DNA of 64,000 nucleotides, taken from the NCBI GenBank assembly GCA_964016885.1, contig OZ024742.1, forward strand, positions 229,772,001 to 229,836,000, in the 5' to 3' direction. The notes under the pieces were generated by a model. It saw only the letters and a program-made list of their open reading frames with translations, made no database searches and had not been told where the DNA came from. The DNA is from Eledone cirrhosa. Its lineage: Eukaryota. The position numbers were made by a program, and so were the translations under genes. This document shows, piece by piece, positions 13,929 to 26,841 of this stretch (the first letter of the stretch is position 1; the number at the start of each line of letters is the position of its first letter).

Positions 13929-14027
13929 CATAACTTATGCTCTATCAGCTTGTATAACTTATGCTCTATCAGCTTGTATAACTTATGCTCTATCAGCTTG
14001 TATAACTTATGCTCTATCAGCTTGTAT
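13929..14027. repeat. 24-bp tandem repeat x4 (ataacttatgctctatcagcttgt)
   Basis: Directly visible; single copy in the paralogous segment at ~53167-53192. Confidence 0.95.
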
Positions 14028-14274
14028 ACTAAACAAAATACGTGACACTAAACACAGAAAAAATGCAAAGCAAATATCTCTACGATGAATCATTTTAACT
14101 GTTTTTATATATACTTAAGTAGGAAACGTATGAATGTAATCTCCTGCCGAAATATAAACAAAAAATAAAACATTCACAACAGCTTTTCAGTTTTTGAATC
14201 ATTTCGAAACCTCATTATATGCCGCAAAGCCCGTTGTCCGGCGCTTTCCCGACACTGCCAACCCAACAATAATA

Positions 14275-14442
14275 ATTATTTCTACTTTTAGTACAACGCC
14301 AGCAAATTACCCAGTACATTACTGGTACTTTATTTTATCCAACCCGTAAGGATGAAAGGCAAAGTTAACCATCAGGATTTGAACTCAGATCGTAAAGGGA
14401 CGTAAGTATGCTGGAAAGCATTCCGACCCTCGATCGATACTG
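14275..14442 (-). mobile_element. tRNA-derived SINE
   Basis: Same SINE core on the minus strand. Confidence 0.8.
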
Positions 14443-14752
14443 ATTTTGACGCAAGGCAAAAAATTTCGATGGTGAGGAAAGTCGATTAAATCAAATCCAG
14501 TACATGTTTGCCGATGCCCTGCCGATAATTTCAATCCAACTTCCTTAATTTACATGAGTAATAATAATTTCTTTATAGATTTCTATTTTTATTTAAATTT
14601 GAAGTGGGGATTAACTGATGCGTTTGTTTTTATTACCATTAAAGCCGTCTAAAGTTGAGACATGGGAGGAAAAATAAAGTGTTCTGGTAGACCATCCACC
14701 CACTTCGTAATAAGAAATCCTCCGCCGCACCTGCTAACTAGAAGGCGTCTGG

Positions 14753-15210
14753 GTGCTCGTCTCTATCTTCAATACGGTATTCATGCCAACCGTTACATAT
14801 GGTCATGAATCTTGGGTAAAGCTAAAGAATACGGTCGCGAATACAAGCGATGAAATGAGGTCCCTCAAACGGGCCTTTGGAGTAACGTTACTCGATAGAG
14901 TATGTAGTTCGGAGATCAGATATTCACTCCAAGTAGAGCCACTACTTCTTCGAATTGAGAGATCACATCTCCCCTACTACGGGAATGTGGTTAGAATGTC
15001 TCAGGAAAGAATCACTGGATTGATTTTACGCGCAAAACTAACCGACAGAAGATTCGGGAGTGGTCCCTGGGTAAGATTGTTGGATACCACCCATCAGTTT
15101 GGCTGGTCTAGCTTGGAGATCCAGTCAGTTCAGTTGGAGACGGTTGCTTCCGACATGACCCACTGGAAGGCGTGTTTTAGAAGTTTTACCGAAGACCCTC
15201 TCTGGAATAA
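14753..15210 (+). pseudogene. RTE-clade (Expander/Rex3-like) LINE 3' ORF fragment
   Basis: TYGHESW..EMRSLKR..GVTLLDRV.SSEIR..L.VEPLLLRIERS.L..YG.VVRM. Confidence 0.85.
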
Positions 15211-15324
15211 GTGGACAAGGAAGAAGAAACATTTTCCAGTTCATATTCATGGGCAGAGGCTGAAGAAGTTGGTCCTCAAAGCTAACGAAACATACACACC
15301 TGGTATACCGACTTATTAATACAA

Positions 15325-15509
<185 letters not shown>

Positions 15510-15699
15510 TTTAGATTAGATTGATATATCTATATATCTGATATAGGGAAAAGTCTGTTGGGGTTTCTGAAACTTGGAAAAGATTAATGGGCTATGCTAG
15601 TATGTAAAGGGTATGGGATGCGACAATGAATGAAAGAGAGAGAAAGAGAGAGAGCAAGAGAGAGACAAACAGATAAAGAGAGCGAAATAGAGAAGTTGA

Positions 15700-15872
15700 T
15701 GGTGAGAGAACGACGGGAGTGTATGATCGATTAATTCAATCGCTTTACTTGCCTTTAAGTTATCGCGCTCGAAAGGATGAAAGACAAAGTTGATCAGGAG
15801 TGGATTTAAATTCAGAGAGCCGGAGGTAATGTCCCAAAGCATTTCATCGGCCGTTCAAACGATGCTGACAAT
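15700..15872 (-). mobile_element. Diverged tRNA-derived SINE
   Basis: gaaaggatgaaagacaaagttga..ggatttaaattcaga. Confidence 0.65.
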
Positions 15873-16707
15873 TTTCTGTCAATATATTTCAAATATTAAT
15901 ATTTACAACCATCGACTATATATACATGATATTGCTAGCGACATGATAATATATATAACATAATATAAAATAATATATATATATATACATATATATTCAT
16001 TAGTTAAGCAAAACAAGACCTCAAACTTCACAAGGAAGACATTATTAAAAGATTGTCAACATATTTTAGTTTGATGTAAGGAATGTAGAGAATAATAATA
16101 ATAATATTAATAATAATAATGTCCGTTTACAATTGTTTCGCTACTCCATATAATATTTTTGGATCAGATGACTATATATCCTAATTGATCTGGTTCAGTT
16201 GAAAATAATTAACATATTTAAAAAACAGAGTGGCTCATCGGAACTCAAAGGAATATAAATTAAGATAATGTTACATAATATAATGTTCCATATATTGGTT
16301 TTTAATATGGTGTCTTGGTTGCATCAGCTGTCAGCCATAATCAAGCAGTATTCATCTGTCGAGGCTGCATTGTGTGAGATAGCCTATGGGTAACAAGATG
16401 GCTGCCAAAGGGCATATTTACCTTACTAATTAGAGGGTGGTTTCAGGGGAAGTAACTTCTCGAGAGATTAGAGATTGTGAGTATTTATAGTTAAGTGCTA
16501 GTTTTTAAATGTTTTAATTGAGAGACAATGTAGGGGAGGTAACTTATAATTATCGAGTTGTTCATAGCAATTTAACTTATTAGCTACAAGTAGAAATGGG
16601 GTTACATGACTAAGTAGAAATGGGGCTACATAACTAACTCACCAATCTCTCCTCTCATATCTTCTCTACTATCTTCATCTCTCTCTTTAAGATTGGTTAC
16701 TCTTGAA

Positions 16708-16761
<54 letters not shown>

Positions 16762-16900
16762 AGACATGGGTATTTCTGATTTTTCGTTTTCTTTATACTA
16801 TCTACACTCTACTCTTCTGAATATCGAGTGCTAATTTTGGCATACCGCCTATGGGACGCACCATAGCTACCATTATACACAACTATATATATATATATAT

Positions 16901-17093
16901 AACGAAGGAAATGTGGTAAGGAACCAGGTGGACCATAACGCACCAAAGTACTCAATACTTAAGGTAGTAGAGTGGGTAATAGGAACCAGTAAGACCCCGA
17001 CGGCTGAGCTCAAGCCGTTTCGACGGCTAATTAGTCCAGAATTAGCCGTCGAAACGGCTTGAGCTCAGCCGTCGGGGTCTTACTGGTTCCTAT
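16901..17093 (-). mobile_element. Short PLE-pLTR-like element with 5' inverted duplication; family also at ~19850-19996 and 41581-41760
   Basis: Three copies between (TA)n tracts; 16980-17031 mirrors 17041-17092. Confidence 0.75.
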
Positions 17094-17102
17094 ATATATA
17101 TA

Positions 17103-17395
17103 TGAAGAGGCGGATGTTCAGGTCTCTACGAAGGTCCGACTTCCACACCGATCTCAAGCTGAGACTGAGGTTAGCTGGACATGCTCACCGACATCCAGAG
17201 TTGACATTGCACTCAGTACTCCTTTGGGAGCCCCTACATGGACACACTAGAAGAGGAAGACCAAGGTCAACGTATGTTGATGCCCTAAGGACAGACACTG
17301 GTCTGTTGGAGATGCAGGACATGGCAGCGATAATGAGGGACAGAGACCGCTGGAGAGAACTCGTCCATGGATCTCGGGAATTTTACCCGCCTTAG
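17103..17395 (+). pseudogene. RTE-clade LINE 3' end
   Basis: RLRLAGH..RHPE..LLWEP.HG..RRGRP..TYVD.L..DTG....M.DRDRWR. Confidence 0.85.
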
Positions 17396-17467
17396 ATATA
17401 TATATATATATATATTATAATGAAATGACAGGAGGCTGGACTTGTGTAAATCCTTGAAAGGTTTATT

Positions 17468-17532
17468 ATACTATGATCATTTCAATGACCGGGTTCCGTA
17501 TGAATCCGTTGATCCCAGGTATCATCAGGTAT
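17468..17532 (-). ncRNA. Type I hammerhead ribozyme
   Basis: atac-CTGATGA-(long imperfect stem II acctgggatc..gaacccggt)-GAAA-tgatca-TA-gtat; palindromic stem III, 4-bp stem I. Confidence 0.7.
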
Positions 17533-17759
17533 TCGAAATATAATAAGTGAATGTAATAGATAAAATTCATGGGGCTGAAAATCAAAGACCCGAGGACTAC
17601 CGCCATCCAGCATCTTCCACCTTTGCCGGTCGCCCTCAAGTGACGTGGCTACTACCGGTCAAATAAAGGAAAACAGAAAGGGATAGGAACATAAGTCAAG
17701 GTTAATATCATGCCACAAGAAAAAAGAAAGAAAGAAGAGAGAAGAAGGGGGAAGGAAGA

Positions 17760-18100
<341 letters not shown>

Positions 18101-18410
18101 GAGATTTCAAATATTAATAATAACATTCGATTCGCTTGCAGTTATGCAAACAAGCCTCAATTTTATAGCCATGTCAGTAGAATGAACCCTTCATTCTTGC
18201 TCTTGTGTTGGCATTTGAACAGAACTGCCGGTGAACAGTGAGCTGTACTAATGAAGGGTGATAACCAGAAACATTAGTGTCTGCAGTTCTGTTCACATGC
18301 CAACACAAGAGCAAGGATGAAGGGTTCATTCTACTGACATGGCTATAAAATTGAGGTGTGTTTGCATAATTGCAAACGAAACGAATGTTATTATTAATAT
18401 TCGAAAACTC
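18101..18410. repeat. ~130-bp diverged inverted repeat around a degenerate HHR-like loop
   Basis: 18101-18228 mirrors 18283-18410; spacer contains ctaatgaagggtgataaccagaaac. Confidence 0.85.
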
Positions 18411-18453
18411 AGATTACATTTATTGTATTCAGCTATGTAGAGCGAACATTTTC

Positions 18454-18535
<82 letters not shown>

Positions 18536-18630
18536 CGGAATAACAGAAAACACAAAAACAAACAAGCGCGGGAGTGAATGTTACAAATAATATTAGTTTC
18601 ACGCTTAATGAGTGTGGAGTGTGTGGTTGC

Positions 18631-18658
18631 GAGGTTTCGGGCATAAGCCCTTCATCAG
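18631..18658 (-). ncRNA. Minimal HHR core of a Penelope pLTR fragment (~18535-18680)
   Basis: CTGATGA-a-gggc-ttat-gccc-GAAA-cctc; same stem II as 61731; stem I not evident. Confidence 0.6.
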
Positions 18659-19656
18659 GAGAGTGGGGGGGGGGGGGGGGGGGGGTGACTCCGAGAAAGA
18701 GTGAGGGGGAGTTAGCGAGATGCACTCACAATCAAAGGTGAAATAACATCAACCAAACCCACGTCATCTGCGTACATGTAATAGTACCAATCATAAACTT
18801 ACATTCTCCACTCCAATATGCATCCCAGCACCACGAACTACTTGCCTGCCCTCATCACCCATTTTGATAATTGTTTTCCCCCGACCTCCCAACCTCCTCT
18901 TTCTCTGATCATTGCCCTTTACTCATGAAGAACTAATGTCCGATATGTTGAAACATTCTTTCACCTACTCCAACAAGCTTGAAACTAATACAATTTTGCA
19001 TTATTGTATTGCTGTATTTGTCTTGTTTGTCTTAAACTATATATATATATATATATAATAGAATAATCGAGTATCGGAAAATCAGCTCACGAATTTACGA
19101 TAAACAAATGCGACATGAGTGGCAGAGGGCTCAATAATTCAGATAAATCAGAGCTATAACTATCGTTAAAATACCAACACACAAAGATTATGCCTAAAAT
19201 CACCCATGCAGCCGAAAAATAACGACCAGGAAGATTCGGGTCACTCAGATAAAATATCAATAAATCAATAATTTATATGAATGTAAAAACTTACCCGGAC
19301 CCACTAGAAAGGTGGTAAATCTAGCTTCTTGGGTTTCTGCTATTCCTTAATCCGCCCCCTATCAGCCCACATAAAAATATATAAGACTTCTAGGGAGCGG
19401 AGGGACCGGAACAACTTTATCAACGGGTCATGTCCGACGAATAAAGAAGTTAACTATAGCTAGACGCACATGGAGTCCAGCAAGGGAGATAACCTCTATA
19501 TTCGCGAAAAATAATCGGTAATGTGGAATACACATATCGAATAAGAGTGCTCGATAGACATGTTAAAATAAACAGGAGCTATTCATCATTCAATAGAATC
19601 GACAAAAAATGATATGTATATATATAAAAATGATATGTATATATATAAATGATCTG

Positions 19657-19702
<46 letters not shown>

Positions 19703-20341
19703 TATATATAAAGGTTTAATGGTATATATTTTATCGAGTGATTCTAAGGACATGATTTATGATATGTATATATATGTACATATATGTGTATGCGTGGATG
19801 TATCCATATCTGTATATCTCTCTCTCTCTCTCTCTCAATATATATATATAACAAAGAAGGTTCGGTAAGACAACATATGGACCATAATGCACCAAAATAC
19901 TAGATACTTAGTGTAGTAGAGTGGGTAATAGACCTGTTCGGATATAGCTGTCGAAACGGCCGGAGCACAGCCGTCGGGGGTCTGACTCTTTTCCTATATA
20001 TATATATATATAGGAAAACTATATATCTATAGATAAACAGACTAAATAAAGGTGGCGTAGACATACAATGTAACGGGAGGAAACAATAGCACCACTGACG
20101 ATGTTGCAGATGTGCAACGAAAGAACTTCGATAGACTATATATATGTTTGTGTCTATATTGTATCTGTATTTTTGACCTTGGTCAGTCAATGGCAACATT
20201 GAGGACCGAATAAATTAAATTAACCGATATAAAGGACACATAAGCGAAAAGCGAAAACCAACCAAACAGTGAGTGTGTTCTGTTATTAATTCTGGCAATA
20301 TTACACACATATGACCCTACCCAAGTATAACAATATATATA

Positions 20342-20578
<237 letters not shown>

Positions 20579-21030
20579 GTATATGGGATTTATAATCAGT
20601 GATTATAAATTTTGTAGTTTTCAAGTAGCTTTTAGCCAGATGAAATGAGATATGCGTTGGTAAATATCAATTTACTCAAAATTGCTTAATAATTAAAATG
20701 TATTTCTTACATTTTTTGTTTAATTATGCAAATAGATTAAACAAGTCTTCATATATACATTAATTTGGTATATTACTTCTGCCCTGTGGTTGGATTGGTA
20801 CTAGGAAAAGGGGTGTTGAATTGAGGTAGGACACCGAATATTTGTGCCAGAATAGTTGGATAGTGATTTTGTTATTACTTTCTATATTGTAATAATTTAT
20901 GATCAGGTGGGGTTTGTATTTTCTATTTCTCACGTACTTGTTCAAATGCTCCCTATGTAAAGTCCCGCATATTTACATACGGTCATTCAATGATAATAGT
21001 TAGATTTCTGTTGATGTGATGATAATGATA

Positions 21031-21128
<98 letters not shown>

Positions 21129-21136
21129 AATATATA

Positions 21137-21194
<58 letters not shown>

Positions 21195-21268
21195 TTAGTT
21201 ATACTATTTATGGTTATGTAAATACAAAACCTTAAGCAGTTGTAAGTATTTTACACACACCCTAAATA

Positions 21269-22964
21269 GTGGTAGGCAGTAATGTATTAACAACGACAAC
21301 AACAGCAACAATAAAGACAACAAAAACAACAACAACACAAACGTCACAAGTATCCACACACGAAACGAGAAAGACAACAACAACAACAAAGATGAAAACA
21401 ACTCAAACGACGAGAAACAAAACAATACTAATATCCAAAACGAAAACAAAATATCTTTTGCACAAACGGCTAAATTATCAGTCGCTTATGTGCTGGAAGA
21501 TATTTCAAAAGCAAAAGAAATGCTGGAAAAAGCCAAGAAATATGTGTCTTTTGGCGAAAACGGTTCGTTTTCTATACATTCACCTCCGGAGCTAAAAAGA
21601 CAGACGGAATTACGAACTGTCGTATTCCGAACAATTTTAAATAAAACAAAGAAACCAGCGCAACCATCTCAAGCGGAAATTCAGTTAGTCTTGAAAGACG
21701 CGATGAGAGACATCACTTTTATACAAAAGGATAAACTCTATGGGAGTTTATCCATATTGATGAAAGACGAATTGGCGGCAAAAAAATACTCTGTGTCGCC
21801 AATTCGGTCCACACACTACACCTTCTTCCCCACCTACATGGGTAAAAAAACCCAGAGGATATGGATAACCACCATCACCCCAAACATAAACTACTGGTGG
21901 TTACTAACCGGTTTCCTCAATTTAGACGAGGACAACCTCATTTCAATAGGGAAGGCATCCGGCGACGCGTTCAGTGGAACGAGCCTCGAAGTTCTGACCC
22001 AAATAAGGCCAGAACGCATCGCCCAAATCCCTGAGCGCGTCATGCTGGATGACCGTACCCACCTCAACATTATTGTGGAGGGTAGGCGTCCCTCCTGTTA
22101 CCTCTGTGGCAATAGAGGTCACCTGAGGGCTGCCTGTCCCCAGCTCACACAGAAAAAAACACTGCTACCAACACCAACACCACCCCAACTACAACAACAA
22201 AAACAACCACAACAACAACAAAAACCAACAACCCCACCACCACCACCACCACCACCACCACAACAACAACAACAACAAACACGTGAAAAAATAACACAGA
22301 ATACTGTCCCACCCAATCCCTCCCCACCCAAAACAAATACAAAAACACGCACACCGCAAACACTACCAGAAAACATACCCCTCCCACCCAACAAGGAAGA
22401 CGAACCTCTTTCGTCGCAAGACGAAAAAGATCCCTTCCAACAAGTAAAAAGAAAGAAGAGGAGACGCACCACAGACACACATGTTAACTTTAACCCCCCC
22501 CCCCAAGAGAACACAAACTACACACAAACCACCCCTCCCTGTCACACAACACTAACTGCTACACAAAAAAAAAGACCTTACAATACACATACATGAACAC
22601 AGACAACAAAGAATTACGGAAAACAATTTCAGCAAACATTTCGGTCCAAACTGAAGGGCCAAACTTTATAACTGCTGTGGGACTACCTCATTTGAAAATG
22701 ATAAAAGTCCCAATGCACTTGTACAAAACACTGAAAATAAATTTCACGGAGGACGTGGGCCCCCCCTGCGCCAAACCAATCAACCGCGTCCTCCTAAAAA
22801 ATTTCACCCCCCCACCCCACCCAGACACCCACTCAACGACAAACACCCCAACCCCACAACACACCGATGCCCCTTCACTTCCACAAACCACCACCCCACC
22901 CAACAACCCATCCCCAACCAGCATGGAAATTGAGCGGCCCGTTTCCCGGGACGCAGAGAGGTAA
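21269..22964 (+). pseudogene. Tx1 ORF1 (gag-like), frameshifted into 21269-21595, 21490-22596 and 22593-22964
   Basis: VEGRRPSCYLCGNRGHLRAAC zinc knuckle, P/Q-rich linker, FQQVKRKKRRR. Confidence 0.85.
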
Positions 22965-22988
22965 GTGCCTTTTCTCTTTACCACCAAC

Positions 22989-25900
22989 ATGGCTGTGCTA
23001 AGAGTAGGGTGTCTAAATGCGCGTGGCCTGGGCTCGTCTTGGAAGCAAGCAATGCTTCTAAATGACCTCAGGTCACAATCTATAAATGTGATGGTTATCT
23101 GCGAGGCCCGGATCAGCAGCATGCGACAGCTAGCCCCCACCTTTGACGACTTTGAGATGCACGCATCTCTCTGTCAGCCCGGAGGTGGGGGTGGGGTTGT
23201 CGTTCTGCTGCAAAAACATATGGGCCTTGCAACACAGATAGTTCACTTGGACCCAGGGGGTCGACTGGTGGTGCTGGACCTTGGCAGTGGTGAAGGTAGA
23301 GCCTTTAGGCTGATAGCCGCATATGCCCCTTTTGGGACAGAGCGGCCCGACTTTTTCCAGCGTCTGGAGTCTTTTCTAGGGACGTCCCGTTCCCTGCTTT
23401 TAGTGGGGGATTGGAATGGTATCCTGGATGCACGTTGGGACTATGCAGGGGCATGTCCCGATAGAGAGGGGTGCAACAGCCTCAAGGGGTTACTCGGCCG
23501 ATTTGACCTGGCCGATAGATTTCGACTAGATTTTCCGACGGTGCCAACCTGGTCTTGGTCAAATCGCAGTGGATCATCTAGATCGTACCTAGATAGATTT
23601 TTAGTTAGAAATAAGGACAGGGACTTTTTAAGTTGTCCAGAAATGCTCATGGTTGGCTATTCAGACCACAAGTTGGTGACCTGCATGGTCAACCTTGATA
23701 GAACGCATAGACAGGGCCCCGGTTACTGGAAGCTCAACTTGTCCTTGCCGGCAAGTAGAGCCTACAGGAATCGGATTAGTACGTTAGTTAAGGAACGGTT
23801 GACTGGAGCGATCGTCAACAGCAGGTGGTGGGTATCTCTAAAGAGAGAGATTAGAGTAGTCTCGATTGAATTTAGTAAGGTTCTAGCTGCGGATAGGAAT
23901 AGGAAGGAAAGGGAGCTAATAGATAGAGTAGAAGAGGCAATTAGAAGCGGCGACGTGGCCAGAGTGCTAGCGTCGAGAACGGCTTTGAGCCAGTTTTTCG
24001 ACGCGAAGCACGGAGGCTGCGTTGTCCGAAGTAAAATACGTGCTCTAGAGAACGAGGGGGCCAAAGCTGTTGGCTGGGCCCGCGTGACAGAGGCCAACAG
24101 TGGAACTAAATCCACCATCCGGTCTTTGCGAGACCTGGATGGGCGGGCGATTCTTGAGCCTAAGCAGATGTGTGAGACCTTTCAAAGGCACTTTGCCCGA
24201 CTGTTCGGGAGGGGCGGGGAGCCGGTTGGGAACGTGGACTTCGGTTCATACCTCGACGGCCTGCCGCGCCTCTCGGACAGGGAGGCGAAGCCCTGCGAGG
24301 AGCCGATTTCGGCCGCTGAGATAGAGGACGTGCTGAGCCAATGCGGCAAACGCAAATCCCCGGGTCTCGATGGTCTTCCTTACGAATTATATCTAGCTAT
24401 GCCGGACTTGTTCCCCGATCTCCTCGAGGCGGTCTACTGCAACTGGCAACAGAACGGGAGAATTCCCTGTACTGTGACCAAGGGGGTAGTCACGCTAGTG
24501 AGGAAGGACGAGAACAAGGGGGACGAAATAAGTAACTTCAGGCCCATAACTCTGCTAAATACAGAGTTACAGATTTTGGCCAAGGTGCTAGCAAAGAGGT
24601 TGGCGCTTGTCGTGGGCAACCTGGTGGGAGATGCGCAGACATGCGCTATCCCGTCCAGGTCCATCCATGACAACCTCCACCTCATGCGATACATCATAGA
24701 GAGGGTTGGGAACGAACCCGGCTTTGGTGGGGCTCTGATCAACTTGGATCAATCTAAGGCGTTCGATAGGGTCGACCATGGTTACCTGGATGCGGTGCTA
24801 GCGGCGGCAGGCTTCGGACCCGTTTTCAGGGGCTGGATCACTGCTATGCACAGCAGCCGCATCTGCTCTAGGGTCAAGGTGAACGGCTACCTCTCGGAGC
24901 CGTTCAAAATCGCGCGGTCCATCCGACAAGGGTGCCCTCTCTCCTCCCTTCTGTATGTGCTGACTCTCGAGCCACTACTGCGGAAGTTGGAGTTGTTGCA
25001 GGGCATCCCTTTGGAACCGGGATTGCGGAAAGCGGTGTCAGCCTACGCCGATGATGTGACAGTAATGGTGTCGACGGCCTCCGAAATCGAGGCGGTCGAC
25101 ACCTTACTGGAGGAGTACGAAAAGTTCACAGGGGCTAAGCTGAACCGGGACAAGTGGATCGGTTTGCAACTCGGCACGTGGAGGGTCAGACCGATGCCCT
25201 CCGATGGCGTCGTCGGACGCTGGACGGAGGGCCCGGTGAAGTTGCTCGGGGTCTGGTTCGGACCGGACCTCCAGGTGGAGAAAAACTGGGCGGAGGTTAC
25301 GAACAGGGTGTTTGCACTGACCCAGAAGTGGGCCAGTTGCAAACTATCCCTGAAAGGTCGGGCGGAGGTGGCGAACACTTATATAGCGTCCGTCATCTAC
25401 TACCGCCTGACCGTAGTGCCCTGCCCAAGGGAAACCCTCACCAAGATGGAGCGCGCGCTCTTCCAATTCCTTTGGAAGAGGCGGGCTCCTATGGTGAGGT
25501 GATCCATCTGCTGTCAACACCCTTCGAAAGGAGGGCTGGGGATGCCGTGGCTAATGATGCGTAAACACGCATTAAGGCTACGGCACCTCTACGTATTCCT
25601 CACCGGACAACCGGTGTGGGCCTCGTTTGTGAGACGAACCTTTCCCAGACTCGTCTCACTCACCGAGCTGCAATCCTGGGTAAGCAAAGACCGAGAAATC
25701 TGGGCGCCTGGCACACTGAGTGTGCCCAGGCGCTCACCGCCCTCTGGCAGGCGGATCCGGTTATCGGTGGAGACTCCACCGCAACATTCTATAGAGGGCT
25801 GGTACGCAGCAGGTGCGACGACGCCCTCGGAGAAGCCCTAGACATGGAGGAGGACGAACTGGCCAGCCTGTTCGGTAGGACATTCAGCCCGGGACCTATG

Positions 25901-26425
25901 GACAACTTCCAGAAGTCCCTGGCCTGGCAGTGCTACCGAGGGGCTTTACCCGTTTGAGAAAGGCTCTACAGACACGGGCGCCCGGGTAGGGACCCCGCCA
26001 AAAAGATCTGTCCCAGATGCGTGTGCGACGAGGAAACCGTTGCACACGCATTGGTACACTGCTCGGGCGTAGCCGATCTGTGGGGCTATGTCGAACAACT
26101 GCTGTCAAGGGTGGGACCGATCCGGTTGACCACCGAGTCTATTGTAATGATCAAGCCGCCTCCCCCCTTCAAAGATGAAGCAGAGGCGGTGTTTCTGTGC
26201 GTAATAGCCATGGCGAAAGAGGTTGTATGGTGGACGCGTCTGAAAGGACTGAGGTCAGGCACCTTTCTCTCTGGCCAACAACTGGTCCGTTTCTTCCGAT
26301 ATCATTTCGGAAGAAGGATCAGGATGGAGAGAGAGATGCTGCACCCCAGTCGTTTTTATGAAAGGTGGGTGAAAGTGGCGAGAATGGCCCGTGTGAATGG
26401 GCCTTCTCTTTACATAAGCCTGTAG
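22989..26425 (+). pseudogene. Tx1 ORF2 (AP endonuclease + reverse transcriptase); open to TGA at 25500-25502, then further stops and frameshifts
   Basis: CLNARGL, VGDWNG, SYLDRF, SDH; KSPGLDG, FRPITLLN, KAFDRV, QGCPLS, YADD; CPRC..EETVAHALVHC. Confidence 0.95.
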
Positions 26426-26794
26426 GTGGAAAAGAGGAAGGAACGAGGGAGCACCCCCTCTCTGTGCTCCTGAGGAAAAGGGTTGCACACTTTTTTCGGG
26501 GGTGTGTGCGACCCCCCAAGGCGCCTCCTCTCTATTGAGGATTTTGTTATAAATTTTATTTTTTGTTATATCTTATTTTATTTTTATATTTTGTTATTGC
26601 CTCCTCCTTATTGAGGACGCCTTTTTGTGTAAACTCCCCCCTTTGTACTTGTCCCACTTTTGATGCCCTAGTGGCAAATAAAAGAAACATACCTTATTAC
26701 CAGTAAGTTAAGTAGCTCAATGTAAAAACATCAGATGATTTACAGAGCAGTTATATGAAATATAAGAATCAAAGAACTGTTCAAAACATTATTG

Positions 26795-26841
26795 TGCTTA
26801 CAGCTGTTTCCTCCAAACCGAGGTTTGGATTCTTCGGAGCA
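26795..26841 (-). ncRNA. Type I HHR, mirror of 29827-29873
   Basis: Exact reverse complement of the plus-strand motif. Confidence 0.75.

Larger units (their letters stand above)
21195..26688 (+). mobile_element. Near full-length Tx1-clade LINE, inactivated
   Basis: ORF1 with CCHC knuckle, ORF2 with APE+RT+CCHC, T-rich 3'UTR ending aataaaagaaa. Confidence 0.92.

Noticed and set aside
13929-14027. CRISPR-like repeat
   Set aside because: No spacers; plain tandem duplication in eukaryotic DNA
18915-18960. Decayed HHR-like pLTR end; similar at ~45488-45525 (-)
   Set aside because: Too many core substitutions to support
20760-20980. Possible PLE RT-thumb relic on the minus strand
   Set aside because: Only vague motif resemblance
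22119-26519. Antisense ORFs over the Tx1 element
   Set aside because: Shadow ORFs of GC-rich or low-complexity coding sequence
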